Assembly (NCBI GenBank): GCA_030390025.1
Contig: JASTWF010000244.1
Coordinates: 186,001-250,000 of the forward strand
Source of the DNA: Squalus acanthias
Lineage: Eukaryota
DNA: 64,000 nt
Direction: 5' to 3'
The translations under genes were made by a program, and so were the position numbers. This document shows positions 49,501-59,861 of this stretch, one piece after another. The notes beneath the pieces are model-generated. The model made no database searches. It saw only the letters and a list, made by a program, of their open reading frames with translations, and was not told the DNA's origin. The number at the start of each line of letters is the position of its first letter. The first letter of the stretch is position 1.

Positions 49501-51826
49501 AAACTTACAATGGTGCAGTAGGGGTACTTCTCTGAGGAGAAAGGTGAGGTACAGTGTTGGGGAAGAGTAGAAGAGTTTTAGTCGGTCACAAACACACCCA
49601 ACGAATGAGAATACTCCCAACATTGAAATATATGATGGGCTATATAAGCAGTGAAAAAATACAAATTATGCACACAATCCCAACAGAGTATCATTATAAA
49701 ACATAATTAAAAAATTGCACAAAAATGTTATATTAATATGGTAGATGTACTACTGGAAATTTGAGGACTTTTAATACCATCACTCTAAACCCTTTGAGAG
49801 TGTATTATTTCCATAGCCCTTAGAATTCTATGGTCTGTCAAGGCCAATTTCTGCAGCAATTCTAACCAAATTCAATGGCATGAGAATATTTCCTGGCTGA
49901 TTTGTCCAGGGTTTAGAAAATCTCAATACAATAAATATTTTTAAAATGTTGTGTATAAATAGTGCTGAAGTATTGTTCATGAATTTTAAATTGTTTAACT
50001 CCTTTGTAGCCTTACCCTTTCATATCTCTGTAACCTCCTCCATGCCTACAAACCCTGCCCCGAACACTCCGTTAATCTGATGGTAGCCTCTTAAGTGGGG
50101 GGTTAAAATTGCGAAAACTGGTGGGCGGGCACAAGCCCGCCTCCATCCCGTCTCCACGCAATTTTCATTAAATCGTGTCTGCTGGTCCCGACTCCGTCCC
50201 GCCTCTAAGAGGTGGGATAGGCTGTTAAGGCCCTTAACAAGCACTAAATTGCCTCTATAATGCCATTTTGAAAGGCCTTTGTGATTTTAACCCTTTTTCT
50301 ACGTGAAGCACGCCTGTTCTGAACCACGAATGTGAAACCTGGCGGGAGCACGGATGGATGAATGAATGAATGATCTGGGAGTGGTGGTGGATGGGAGACA
50401 TATCTGGGAGTGGTGGTGGATGGGAGACATATCTGGGAGCAGACTTAGGGCTGCTGATGCTCATTTTGCCTCCAGGTCCTCTCACAGCAAATGCCAGGCA
50501 GTCTTTGCAGACCTTCAATGCAACAGCAATGACGACATCATCAGAGGCGACTTTCAGACTGAAAACACTAATTGGTTCATGGGTTCCCACATGCTGGAAC
50601 TCATTTGCCCAATTAGATGAAAATCGCATCAATCTCCCACATCCAATTGCAGTCGGGTGGATAACACGAAAAGTGGATGACACGACCCCAACCCGCCCCG
50701 ATGTCTTTGACCAAGCTTTTGGCCACCCCTCCAAATAACTCCTCCTTTGCCGTACCATTTTTTGAGACAAATTATGCCTCTCTGAAGTGCCTTTGTAGGT
50801 TTATCTACATTAAAGGTTATATAAATACATTGTTGTTGTCCTTCACCTCTACCTCCTCTTCCTATTCCACCCCCCTCTTTGCCTCCTCCCCCTCGTCGCC
50901 CCCTTTCTCCTCGTCGCCCCCTTTCTCCTCGTCTCCCCCTTTTTCCTCGTCTCCCCCTTGCTCCTCGTCCCCCCCCTTTCTCCTCGTCCCCCCCCTTTCT
51001 CCTCATCTCCCCCTTCATTCTCATCTCCACTCTTGTGCCCCACCCCAAGTATTTTGTTCCTCAATGGCTTCCTGTGCATTCCCAGCCCTCTCCATTCCAC
51101 TGCTGGTAGCAGAGTGTTCTCTCTGCTTTCAAACACCTTCTCTAAACATATCTATTCCACCATGCTTTTAGTCACCTCTTCTATTCCCTCCCCATCATTT
51201 GTGACGCACCTTGAAACATTTTTGTACATTAAACATGCTATAAAAATGCTTGTTGATGTTGGAGGAATTTGGAATGCTTCAATCTGAATTTGAGGTATTG
51301 GAGTTGTTACTTAATTCACTCCAGATAGAATTATCCACATCCTTGAAGAAACCGAGTAGATTATTATATGAGAGAAATACCTGAAGGAAGGAAAGTGGTG
51401 CGCTTAGCATACGTTTGCACAACAAAAATTTGATCTGGCTGTAGATGTTTATGGTAATGTGCCTTCAGCCTGTCTGACCAATTGTTACATTTATCTTCAA
51501 CACAGCTCAACCAGTGGTCCATTTGTCCACACAACACATTACCATTTTGACTGGTTCAGAGGGGTCTGTGAGATGTGACGTTACAGGATTTTATCCTTCA
51601 GAGCATGAGCTCATCTGGGAGAAGATATCAAAGGACAAAACTGTGACAATAATCACAGATATCAGCACTGGTGCCCCAATTTCCAACAGTGATGGAACCT
51701 TTAATGTTTCCAGTAGAATGAGAATTGAACCAACAGTGGATGATGATGATAACAAGTACAGGTGTGTCATGAAGCACCGATCACTTCCTGGTAGTCGTTC
51801 ACTGGAAACTGTGCTCACAGTGAAAG
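34301..51826 (+). CDS. NCR3LG1: Gene 2: B7-H6/NCR3LG1-like paralog (leader, V, C1; 3'-partial)
   Basis: Exons 34301-34376, 48846-49187 and 51506-51826 splice in frame; domains clearly paralogous to gene 1. No TM exon recognised before the window end. Confidence 0.82.
35268..35492. mobile_element. Palindromic insertion (88-bp perfect arms) with two hammerhead motifs and 12-bp TSD
   Basis: Arms 35267-35354 and 35366-35453 are exact reverse complements; tgaatttattct is duplicated at 35256-35267 and 35493-35504. Confidence 0.88.
35316..35357 (-). ncRNA. Minimal type I hammerhead ribozyme motif (second family)
   Basis: Minus strand UCAC-CUGAGGA-A-GGAGC aaucgaua GCUCC-GAAA-GC-UU-GUGA; mirror copy on the plus strand at ~35363-35404 has a disrupted stem I. 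Confidence 0.82.
36295..36749. other. Assembly gap (455 N)
   Basis: Run of N; the right flank is low-complexity C-rich sequence. Confidence 1.
36930..38313 (+). mobile_element. Old L2-clade LINE fragment
   Basis: SDIQSWMSCNFFQLNIGKTK remnant; tail ttaaaggcgctatataaatgcatgttgttg. Confidence 0.75.
38682..39768. mobile_element. Two adjacent GC-rich MITE-like elements, with a CR1 tail fragment at ~38945-39030
   Basis: Ends ggccccaatatt../..aatattgtgg and ggggggaaattcgg../..ccaaatttcgggccc; imperfect TIRs. Confidence 0.45.
40289..41030 (-). mobile_element. L2-clade LINE 3' fragment, followed by a Penelope terminal-repeat piece (~41037-41124)
   Basis: (caa)n tail, then cttgtatttatatagcacctttaac; minus-strand LNQTVHNLGVISDPEMSFQPHIRAITKTAYF. 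Confidence 0.75.
43050..43600 (+). mobile_element. L2-clade LINE fragment
   Basis: Similar to 31940-32950 and 36930-38313. Confidence 0.6.
44079..45671 (+). mobile_element. 5'-truncated non-LTR retrotransposon (CR1/L2 group, a family distinct from the other CR1s)
   Basis: [49 protein letters not shown]; A-rich 3' end. Confidence 0.9.
46110..47800. mobile_element. Degenerate Harbinger-derived element with Myb/SANT remnant
   Basis: Minus-strand RKTWVQWHKPFNDLSR (ORF 47143-47388) resembles RTWMQRQNKFHGLTR at 61418-61753; ggctggaatttt-type left end. Confidence 0.55.
48477..48791 (-). mobile_element. tRNA-derived V-SINE (HE1-like), second copy
   Basis: Near-identical to 24078-24388; A and B boxes intact. 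Confidence 0.88.
48846..49187 (+). CDS. Gene 2 IgV-set exon
   Basis: atttAG / G|GTAAGT, 342 nt; VSLECKVTGY..GVQWLF..RPGAKMSETELQKGDASLHLPNVQFNEEGEYTCVVIVTP. Confidence 0.93.
50373..50438. repeat. 29-bp tandem duplication
   Basis: atctgggagtggtggtggatgggagacat x2 plus a partial copy. Confidence 0.8.
50880..51010. repeat. ~18-bp pyrimidine-rich minisatellite
   Basis: cctcgtc(g/t)ccccctttct repeated about 6 times. Confidence 0.8.
51506..51826 (+). CDS. Gene 2 Ig C1-set exon
   Basis: caacacAG / G|GTATGT, 321 nt; VRCDVTGFYP..LIWE..SNSDGTFNVSSRM..YRCVMKHRSL. Confidence 0.93.
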
Positions 51827-52119
51827 GTATGTCCTCTTCTTTGCGTAAGATGGGAATATTTTTCAGTGCAGTTTTGTTAAATTTTACAATTGTTTAAAAT
51901 GACTTGTGCCCATTGTTTAACATTGAATTTCTACTGAGGTTTTCATCTAATTTAAATCAAGAATTCATCCTTTAATTCTCCACAATGAAAAGACATTAAG
52001 AACATAGATAGATTAATTGAATGGGCAAAACTGTGGCAAATGGATTTCAATGTAGGCAAATTTGAGGGACCTATAAAGCATTAGAACAGGGTACTTTCTA
52101 AATGGTGGTACCCTCAAAA

Positions 52120-52606
52120 AACTCGATTTTGTCAAACACTATTTCCCTTTCGTAAAACTGTGTCTAATTGTATTGTGATTTTCTGAGTGACCTGTTACCA
52201 CATTGTTAATAAGAGATTCTAGCTTTTTCCCTGTTACTGATGTCAGGCTAACTGGCCTATAGTTCCCTGTTTTCTCTCCCTCCTTTCTTGAACAGCAGTG
52301 TTACATTTGCTACCTTCCAATCCACGGGGACCATTCTAGAATCTAGGGAATTCTGGAAGATCAAAACCAATGCATCCACTAACTTTGCAGCCACCTCTTT
52401 TAAAAAGGGTGTAGGCCATTAAGTCCATGGGATTTGTTAGCTTTTAGTCCCATTAATTTTTCCAGTACTTTTTCTTTTCCAATATTAATTTGAGTTCCTC
52501 ACTCTCATTTGACCCTTGGTTCCCCACAATTTCTGTTATGTTCTTTGTGTCCTTTACTGTAAAGATAGACACAAAATATTTGTTTAACTTCTCTGTCATT
52601 TCCTTA
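52120..52606 (-). mobile_element. CR1 LINE internal fragment
   Basis: Matches the WK.ANVT.LFKKG..NYRPVSLTS region of the other CR1 copies. Confidence 0.7.
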
Positions 52607-52609
52607 TAC

Positions 52610-53230
52610 AAACCAGAGAGCGGCTACTGAGCGACCAGGGCTATCGGCTGACCACCTGGCTCATGACTCCGGTGCGCAACCCAAGCACACGTGGGCAGCA
52701 TGCATATATCGAAAGCCATGCTGCCACACGAAATGTGATCAAGCAGACCATTGGGGTACTTAAACAACACTTCCACTGCCTGGACCGCTCTGGAGGAGTC
52801 CTGCAGTACTCGCCAGAGCGTGTCTCAAGATTAGTCGTGCTTTGCTGCATGCTGCTCAACCTCGCCACCATGAGGGCACAGGTTTTGCCACCAGGTATAC
52901 GGCGAAGAGCTAAGGACGAGGAGGAGGCAATCAAGACAGCCCCTTTCTGGTTGGTCTGCCCGTGATCAACTGATCCAACTGCAGTGCCAGTGAATGTAAC
53001 CCCAATTCCCCATTCACCCACAGTCCCACACCTTACCTTCCCTCTGTTGTGGGCCATCACAGCATCGTCTTGGCCACAATGCTAAAAAAAATAAAACCCA
53101 CCACATAACAAATATTCCAAACCAACTTTATACATCAATCCATCCAATATTACATAACAAAGTCAACTAATCACCCTTGTGCATTCCCTTAGTGCCTGTC
53201 TTGTGTGTGCCTTTGCTTATCCTAGTGCTG
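52610..53230 (+). mobile_element. Harbinger transposase (HARBI1-like) C-terminal remnant
   Basis: ORF 52663-52965: HAATRNVIKQTIGVLKQHFHCLDRSGGVLQYSPERVSRLVVLCCMLLN. Confidence 0.82.
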
Positions 53231-55375
53231 TTATAAGAACATAAGAAATAGGAGCAGGAGTAGGCCAATTGGCCCCTCGAGCCTGCTCTGCCATTCAATA
53301 AGATCATGGCTGATCTGATCCTAACCGCCAATCTACTATCACAGAACCATCTCCTGAACCCAACAGAATTAGACACACGAAATAGGAGCAGGATCAGGCT
53401 ACACGGCCCCTGGGCCCGCTACGCTACCCACAGGGCCATGACCGATCCGAACCTAGACTCATGTCCAAAATCCTGCCCGCTCCCCGTAACCCTTAATTCC
53501 CTTTACTTCTAGGAAATTGTCTATTTCTGTTTTAAATTTATGTAATGATGTAGCTTCTACAGCTTTTTGGGGCAGCATATTCCATGGACCTACCACCCTC
53601 TGAGTGAAGTAGTTCCTTCTCATCTCAGTTTTGAAAGAGCAGCCCCTTATTCTAAGACTATGCCCCCTAGTTCTAGTTTCACCCATCATCAGGAACATCC
53701 TCCCCGCATCCACCCGATCCAACCCCTTCACAATCTTATATGTTTCAATAAGATCGCCTCTCATTCTTCTGAACTCCAATGAGTAGAGTCCCAATCTACC
53801 CAACCTCTCCTCATATGTCCATCCCCTCATCCCCGGGATTAACCGAGTGAACCTTCTTTGTACTGACTCGAGAGCAAGTATGTCTTTTCTTAAGTATGGA
53901 CACCAAAACTGTATGCAGTATTCCAGGTGCGGTCTCACCAATACCTTGTACAACTGAAGCAATACCTCCCTATTTTTATATTCTATCCCCCTAGCAATGA
54001 AAGCCAACATTCCATTGGCCTTCTTAATCACTTGCTGCACCTGCATACTAACCTTTTGAGTTTTGTGCACCAGGACCCCCAGATCCCTTTGTACTTCAGT
54101 ACTTTCCAGTTTCTTGCCATTAAGATAATAACTTGCTCTACTATTTTTCCTGCCAAAGTGCATAACCTCACACTTTCCAGTATTGTATTCCATCTGCCAA
54201 ATCTCTGCCCACTTACTTAGCCTGTCTATGTCCCCTTGCAGATTTTTTTATGTCCTCCTCACTCACTACTTTCCCTCCCATCTTAGTATCCTCTGCAAAC
54301 TTTGATATGTTACACTCGGTCCCCTCCTCCAAATCGTTAATATAGATTGTAACGAGTTGGGGACCCAGCACTGACCCCTGCGGAACACCACTAGTTACTG
54401 ATTGCCAGTCTGAGAATGAACCATTTATCCCAACTCTCTGCCTTCTGTTAGATAGCCAATCCTCTATCCATGCCAGAATATTACCCCCAATCCCGTGATT
54501 TTTTATCTTAAAGCAATAATCTTTTGTGTGGCACCTTGTCAAATGCCTTTTGGAAGTCTAAATACACCACATCCACTGGTTCCCCTTTATCCACCCTGTA
54601 TGTTACTTCCTCAAAGAACTCCAGCAAATTTGTCAAACATGACTTCCCCTTCATAAAACCATGCTGACTTTGTCCTATTAAATTATGATTATCCAAATGT
54701 CCCGTTACTGTCTCCTTAATAATGGACTCCAAAATTTTACCTACCACAGATGTTAGGCTAACCGGTCTATAGTTTCCAGCCTTCTGTCTACTGCCCTTTT
54801 TAAATAAGAGTGTTACATTAGCAGTTTTCCAGTCTGCCGGGATCTTTGCTGAGTCCAGGGAGTTTTGGAAAATTATTACCAATGCATCCACAATCCCTAC
54901 CGCCACTTCCCTCATGACCCTAGGATGTAAGCCATCAGATCCAGGTGATTTGTCCACCTTGAGTCCCATTATTTTACCGAGTACCACTTCCTTAGTGATT
55001 TTGATCGTGTTTAGCTCCTCCCCCCGTATAGCCCCCTGTTTGTCCAGTGTTGGGATATTCTTAGTGTCCTCTACTGTAAAGACTGATACAAAATATTCAT
55101 TTAGTGTATTTGCCATCTCCATATTTCCCACCATTAATTTCCCGGTCTCATCCTTTAAGGGACCAACATTTACTTTAGCCACCCTTTATCTTTTTATATA
55201 ACTATAAAAACTCTTACTATCTGTTTTTATATTTTTTGCTAATTTACTTTCATAATCTATCTTCCCTTTCTTAATCAATCTTTTTGTTATTTTTTGCTGT
55301 CTTTTAAAGTTTTCCCAATCCTCTATCCTCCCACTAGATTTGGCTACCTTATAAGCCCTTGTTTTTAGTAGAATA

Positions 55376-55731
55376 CAGGAAACTCTCTTTTAACCGACAC
55401 CTAAATATCCGGAAATCTCTCTTAACCGGTAAAATTCAGGAGTAGGTTCAGGTAAGTTTTACTATATATTAGTGGCCGTGTAACCGGGGTTCCTGCACCT
55501 GTGGCCATGCACCAGGGACTCCTGGATCTGTGGCCATGTAACCGGGGTTCCTGCACCTGTGGCCGTGCACCAGGGACTCCTGGATCTGTGGCCATGTAAC
55601 CGGGGCTCCTGCACCTGTGGCCGTGTATGGGGCTCTCGTACCTTGGTAAGTATACAGCTCTGTAATCTGGACTTTTTGATCAACCGGCACCACGCCGGTC
55701 CCGTCGGTGCTGGTTAATAAAGAGTTTCCTG
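55376..55731. mobile_element. Tc1/mariner-type MITE with internal 29-bp tandem array
   Basis: TA|caggaaactct ... agagtttcctg|TA; removing it restores CR1 KDSILLKT. Confidence 0.85.
55472..55627. repeat. 29-bp minisatellite with alternating A/B units (58-bp higher-order repeat)
   Basis: gtggccRtgtaaccggggYtcctgcacct alternating with gtggccRtgcaccagggactcctggatct, about 5.4 units. Confidence 0.9.
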
Positions 55732-56523
55732 TACTATCCTTAATTTCTTTACTTAGCCACGGATGACTGTCTTTTCTTTTATACCCTTTTCTTCTCAGTG
55801 GAATATATATTTTTTGGAAGTTGTAAAATAACTCCTTAAATGTACACCACTGATCATGTATCGTCTTACCCTTTAATCTATTTTCCCAATCCACTCTAAT
55901 CAATTCCGCTCGCATACCTTCATAGTCTCCTTTATTCAAGCTTAGCACGCTTGTTTGAGATCCAACCTTCTCACCCTCTAATTGAATATGGAATTCAATC
56001 ATGTTATGGTCACTCATTCCAAGGGGATCCTTTACTAGGACATTTTTAATTAATCCTGTCTCGTTACACAGGACCAGATCTAAGGTTGCTTGCCCCCTGG
56101 TCGGTTCAGTTACATACTGCTCAAGAAACCCATCCCTAATACACTCAATGAACTCATCCTCGAGGCAGCCCTGCCCAATTTGATTTGTCCAATTAATATG
56201 ATAGTTAAAATCCCCCATAATTATAGATGTTCCCTTATTACAAGCCTCAACTATTTCCTGATTGATACTCCGTCCAACAGAGTTGCAACTGTTCGGAGGC
56301 CTATAGACTACGCCCACTAGTGTTTTTTTCCCCTTATTATTCCTTATCTCCACCCAAACTGTTTCATTATCCTGATCTTTTGACCCAATATCATTTCTCT
56401 GTATTACAGTGATTCCTTCCTTTATTAACATAGCCACCCCACCTCCCCTTCCTTCCTGCCTGTCCTTCCTGATCGTTAAATAACCTGGTATGTTTAATTC
56501 CCAGGCATTGTCACCCTGCAGCC

Positions 56524-58137
56524 ATAAGAACATAAGAACATAAGAAATAGGAGCAGGAGTAGGCCAATCGGCCCCTCGAGCCTGCTCCGCCATTCAATAA
56601 GATCATGGCTGATCTGATCCTAACCGCCAATCTACTATCTATCACAGAACCATCTCCTGCATCTAACAGAATTGCACACACGAAATAGGAGCAGAATCAG
56701 GCTACACAGTCCCTGGGCCCGCTCCACTACCCACAGGGCCATGACCGATCCGAACCTAGACTCATGTCCAAATTCCTGCCCGCTCCCCGTAACCCTTAAT
56801 GCCCTTTACTTCTAGGAAACTGTCTATTTCTGTTTTAAATTTAATTAATGTTGTAGCTTCTACAGCTTTTTGTGGCAGCATATTCCATGGACCTACCACC
56901 CTCTGAGTGAAGTAGTTCCTCCTCATCTCAGTTTTGAAAGAGCAGCCCCTTATTCTAAGACTATGTCCCCTAGTTCTCGTCTCACCCGTCATCGGGAACA
57001 TCCTCCCCGCATCCACCCGATCCAACCCCTTCACAATCTTATATGTTTCAATAAGATCGCCTCTCATTCTTCTGAACTCCAATGAGTAGAGTCCCAATCT
57101 ACCCAACCTCTCCTCATATGACCACCCCCTCATCCCCGGGATTAACCGAGTGAACCTTTTTTGCACTGCCTCGAGAGCAAGGATGTCTTTCCTTAAGTAA
57201 GGACACCAAAACTGTATGCAGTATTCCAGGTGCGGTCTCACCAATACCTTGTACAACTGAAGCAATACCTCCCTATTTTTATATTCTATCCCCCTAGCAA
57301 TGAAAGCCAACATTCCATTTGCCTTCTTAATCACTTGCTGCACCTGCATACTAACCTTTTGAGTTTCGTGCACCAGGACCCCCAGATCCCTTTGCACTTC
57401 AGTACTCTCCAGTTTCTTGCCATTAAGATAATAAATTGCTCTAGGATTTTTCCTGCCAAAGTGCATCACCTCACACTTTCCAGTGTTGTATTCCATCTGC
57501 CAAATCTCTGCCCACTTACTTAGCCTGTCTATGTCCCCTTGCAGGTTTTTTATGTCCTCCTCACTCACTACTTTCCCTCCCATCTTTGTATCATCTGCAA
57601 ATTTTGATATGTTACACTTGGTCCCTTCCTCCAAATCGTTAATATAGATTGTGAAGAGTTGGGGACCCAGCACTGACCCCTGTGGAACACCACTAGTTAC
57701 TGATTGCCAGTCTGAGAATGAACCATTTATCCCAACTCTTTGCTTTCTGTTAGATAGCCAATCCTCTATCCATGCCAGAATATTACCCCCAATCCCGTGA
57801 TTTTTTACCTTAAGCAATAATCTTTTGTGTGGCACCTTGTCAAATGCCTTTTGGAAGTCTAAATACACTACGTCCACTGGTTCCCCTTTATCCACTCTAT
57901 ATGTTACTTCCTCAAAGAACTCCAGCAAATTTGTCAAACATGACTTCCCCTTCGTAAAACCATGCTGACTTTGTCCTATTAAATTATGATTATCCAAATG
58001 TCCTGTTACTGTTTCCTTAATAATGGACTCCAAAATTTTACCTACCACAGATGTTAGGCTAACCGGTCTATAGTTACCAGCCTTCTGTCTACTGCCCTTT
58101 TTAAATAAGGGTGTTACATTAGCAGTTTTCCAGTCTG
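56524..58137 (-). mobile_element. 5'-truncated CR1 copy nested within the same-family CR1
   Basis: Complete RT plus tail, highly similar to 53234-54837; sits between VAIT and WLQG of the host endonuclease. Confidence 0.88.
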
Positions 58138-58375
58138 TAATGGCCACAAGATCATACCCATATGTAGTTATTTGTGCCATTAACTCGTCTATTTTGTTAC
58201 GAATGCTACGTGCATTCAGATAGAGAACTTTCAAATATGTTTTGTGACACTTAGTTCCTGCTTTTGCCCTTTTTATTACTTTACCTTTTACTCCATACCT
58301 TCTGCCCCTTCCTGACACACTCTGGTTTTTAATTTCCCCACTGCTATCTAAGTCTATGACCTTCTCTGTTGTCAT
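56762..58375 (-). CDS. Chimeric CR1 ORF2 (537 aa): endonuclease N-terminus fused in frame to an intact RT
   Basis: LYLNARSIRNK..DLVAIT joined to [34 protein letters not shown]. Confidence 0.8.
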   Translation of the reverse strand: MTTEKVIDLDSSGEIKNQSVSGRGRRYGVKGKVIKRAKAGTKCHKTYLKVLYLNARSIRNKIDELMAQITTYGYDLVAITDWKTANVTPLFKKGSRQKAGNYRPVSLTSVVGKILESIIKETVTGHLDNHNLIGQSQHGFTKGKSCLTNLLEFFEEVTYRVDKGEPVDVVYLDFQKAFDKVPHKRLLLKVKNHGIGGNILAWIEDWLSNRKQRVGINGSFSDWQSVTSGVPQGSVLGPQLFTIYINDLEEGTKCNISKFADDTKMGGKVVSEEDIKNLQGDIDRLSKWAEIWQMEYNTGKCEVMHFGRKNPRAIYYLNGKKLESTEVQRDLGVLVHETQKVSMQVQQVIKKANGMLAFIARGIEYKNREVLLQLYKVLVRPHLEYCIQFWCPYLRKDILALEAVQKRFTRLIPGMRGWSYEERLGRLGLYSLEFRRMRGDLIETYKIVKGLDRVDAGRMFPMTGETRTRGHSLRIRGCSFKTEMRRNYFTQRVVGPWNMLPQKAVEATTLIKFKTEIDSFLEVKGIKGYGERAGIWT

Positions 58376-58412
58376 TTTTATTATTTGCTCTCTAGGAACC
58401 TCCCCCCACTAG

Positions 58413-59366
58413 TTAGTTTAAAGCCCTCTCTACAGCCCTAGTTATATGATCCGCCAGGACTCTAGTCCCAGCACTGGCCAAGTGAAGCCCGTCCCAACGG
58501 AACAGCTCCCTCCTGCCCCAGTACTGGTGCCAGTGTCCCAGGAAGCAAAACCCATTTCTCCCACACCAGTCTTTGAGCCACTCATTTAACTCTCTAATTT
58601 TATTTGTCCCAGCCAAATTCGCTCGTGGCTCAGGTAATAATCCAGAGATTATTACCCTTGAGGTTCTGTTTTTTAATTTGACCCCTAGCTGCTCATACTC
58701 CTTTAACAGAACCGGCTTCCTTGTCCTATCTACGTCGTTTGTACCAACATGGACCACGACAACTGGATCCACCCCCTCCCACTGCAAGTTTCTTTCCAGC
58801 CCAGAGGAGATGTCCTTAACCCTGGCACCGGGCAGGCAACACAGCCTACGGGACTCTCGCTCTCGGCTGCAGAGAACTCTATCTATCCCCCTAATAATAC
58901 TATCCCCTACCACTACAACATTTCTATTTACTCCCCCCTCTTGAATGGCCCCCCATTCTACGGTGCTGTGGCCAGGTTGCTCATCCTCCCTGCAGTCCCT
59001 GCTCCTGTCCCCACAGGGAGTAAGAACCTTGAACCTGTTGGACAAGAGCAAGGGCTGCGGCTCCTCCAACACTACCTCCTGGATTCCCGTACCTGCTTCA
59101 CTCGTAGTCACACCGTCCTGTCCCTGACCATGGGCTACATCTGAATTAATTAACTTCATAGGTGTGACCACCTCCTGAAACACAGAGTCCAGGTACTTCT
59201 CCCCCTCCCTGATGTGTCGCAGTGTCTGAAGCTCAGACTCCAGCTCATCAACACGGAGCTGGAGTTCCTGTAGCAGCAGACACTTGTCACAGATGTAATC
59301 ACCGTGAGCCTCAGTGGGGCCCACCGGCTCCCACATCTCGCAACAGTAACACATCACCTGCTCCAT
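58413..59366 (-). CDS. CR1 ORF1 protein (zinc finger, coiled coil, SGNH esterase-like domain)
   Basis: CYCC..CDKC, LQELQLRVDELESELQTL, VVVGDSIIR, VHVGTND, DGLHL. Confidence 0.9.
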   Translation of the reverse strand: MEQVMCYCCEMWEPVGPTEAHGDYICDKCLLLQELQLRVDELESELQTLRHIREGEKYLDSVFQEVVTPMKLINSDVAHGQGQDGVTTSEAGTGIQEVVLEEPQPLLLSNRFKVLTPCGDRSRDCREDEQPGHSTVEWGAIQEGGVNRNVVVVGDSIIRGIDRVLCSRERESRRLCCLPGARVKDISSGLERNLQWEGVDPVVVVHVGTNDVDRTRKPVLLKEYEQLGVKLKNRTSRVIISGLLPEPRANLAGTNKIRELNEWLKDWCGRNGFCFLGHWHQYWGRRELFRWDGLHLASAGTRVLADHITRAVERALN

Positions 59367-59861
59367 TCTATGTAATTAATTAAATTTTTTTATTGTTAGT
59401 TATGGACACTCTCTGCCTGATTATAGATGCTAGTATCCCCTCTAATTAATTGGATTTAAATTAAATCAATCCCTCTAAATTACACCAGTTAAATGGTTTA
59501 CCAACAGTCACTCTGCACCAGAAAAGCCTTATTAACTACAACCCACAGAGTTAAAGTTTGAAAAGAGCACCCCACTCACCCGAAAACACACTTACCCAAA
59601 CTCAGCACTCTCTGCTGACTCGCACTAGCACTGGTCTTTTTATACTGTTTGTTTGTTTACAGCCAAATGAGTCACCCCTGCTGATTGATTAGAAAACTGG
59701 TTTCCACTGCCTGCTGTGCCAATTTACTCCTACTGCAGTGTAACCTTGTTTTACTCTTCTTAAACCAACAGAATCCCAAATATTTAACTTTTCCCCTTCA
59801 CTTAAACAGCTTAAGTACTCTTATCAAGAATGATTTAAAGAGAACTAACAATTAAAGTATG

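Larger units (their letters stand above)
53234..59860 (-). mobile_element. Full-length CR1 LINE (5'UTR, ORF1, ORF2) containing nested insertions
   Basis: ORF1 58413-59366; ORF2 pieces at 58375-58138, 56523-55732 and 55375-53459; (ttatgttc)n tail at ~53234. Confidence 0.93.

Noticed and set aside
50629-51287. Arg/Gly- and Pro/Ser-rich ORFs
   Set aside because: Translations of the 18-bp minisatellite.
52663-52965. Domesticated HARBI1 gene (and NAIF1/MSANTD at 61-62 kb)
   Set aside because: Only fragments with degenerate conserved residues, split by a LINE inside an intron; consistent with a dead transposon.
55472-55627. CRISPR-like array
   Set aside because: Contiguous tandem units with no unique spacers, in eukaryotic DNA inside a MITE.
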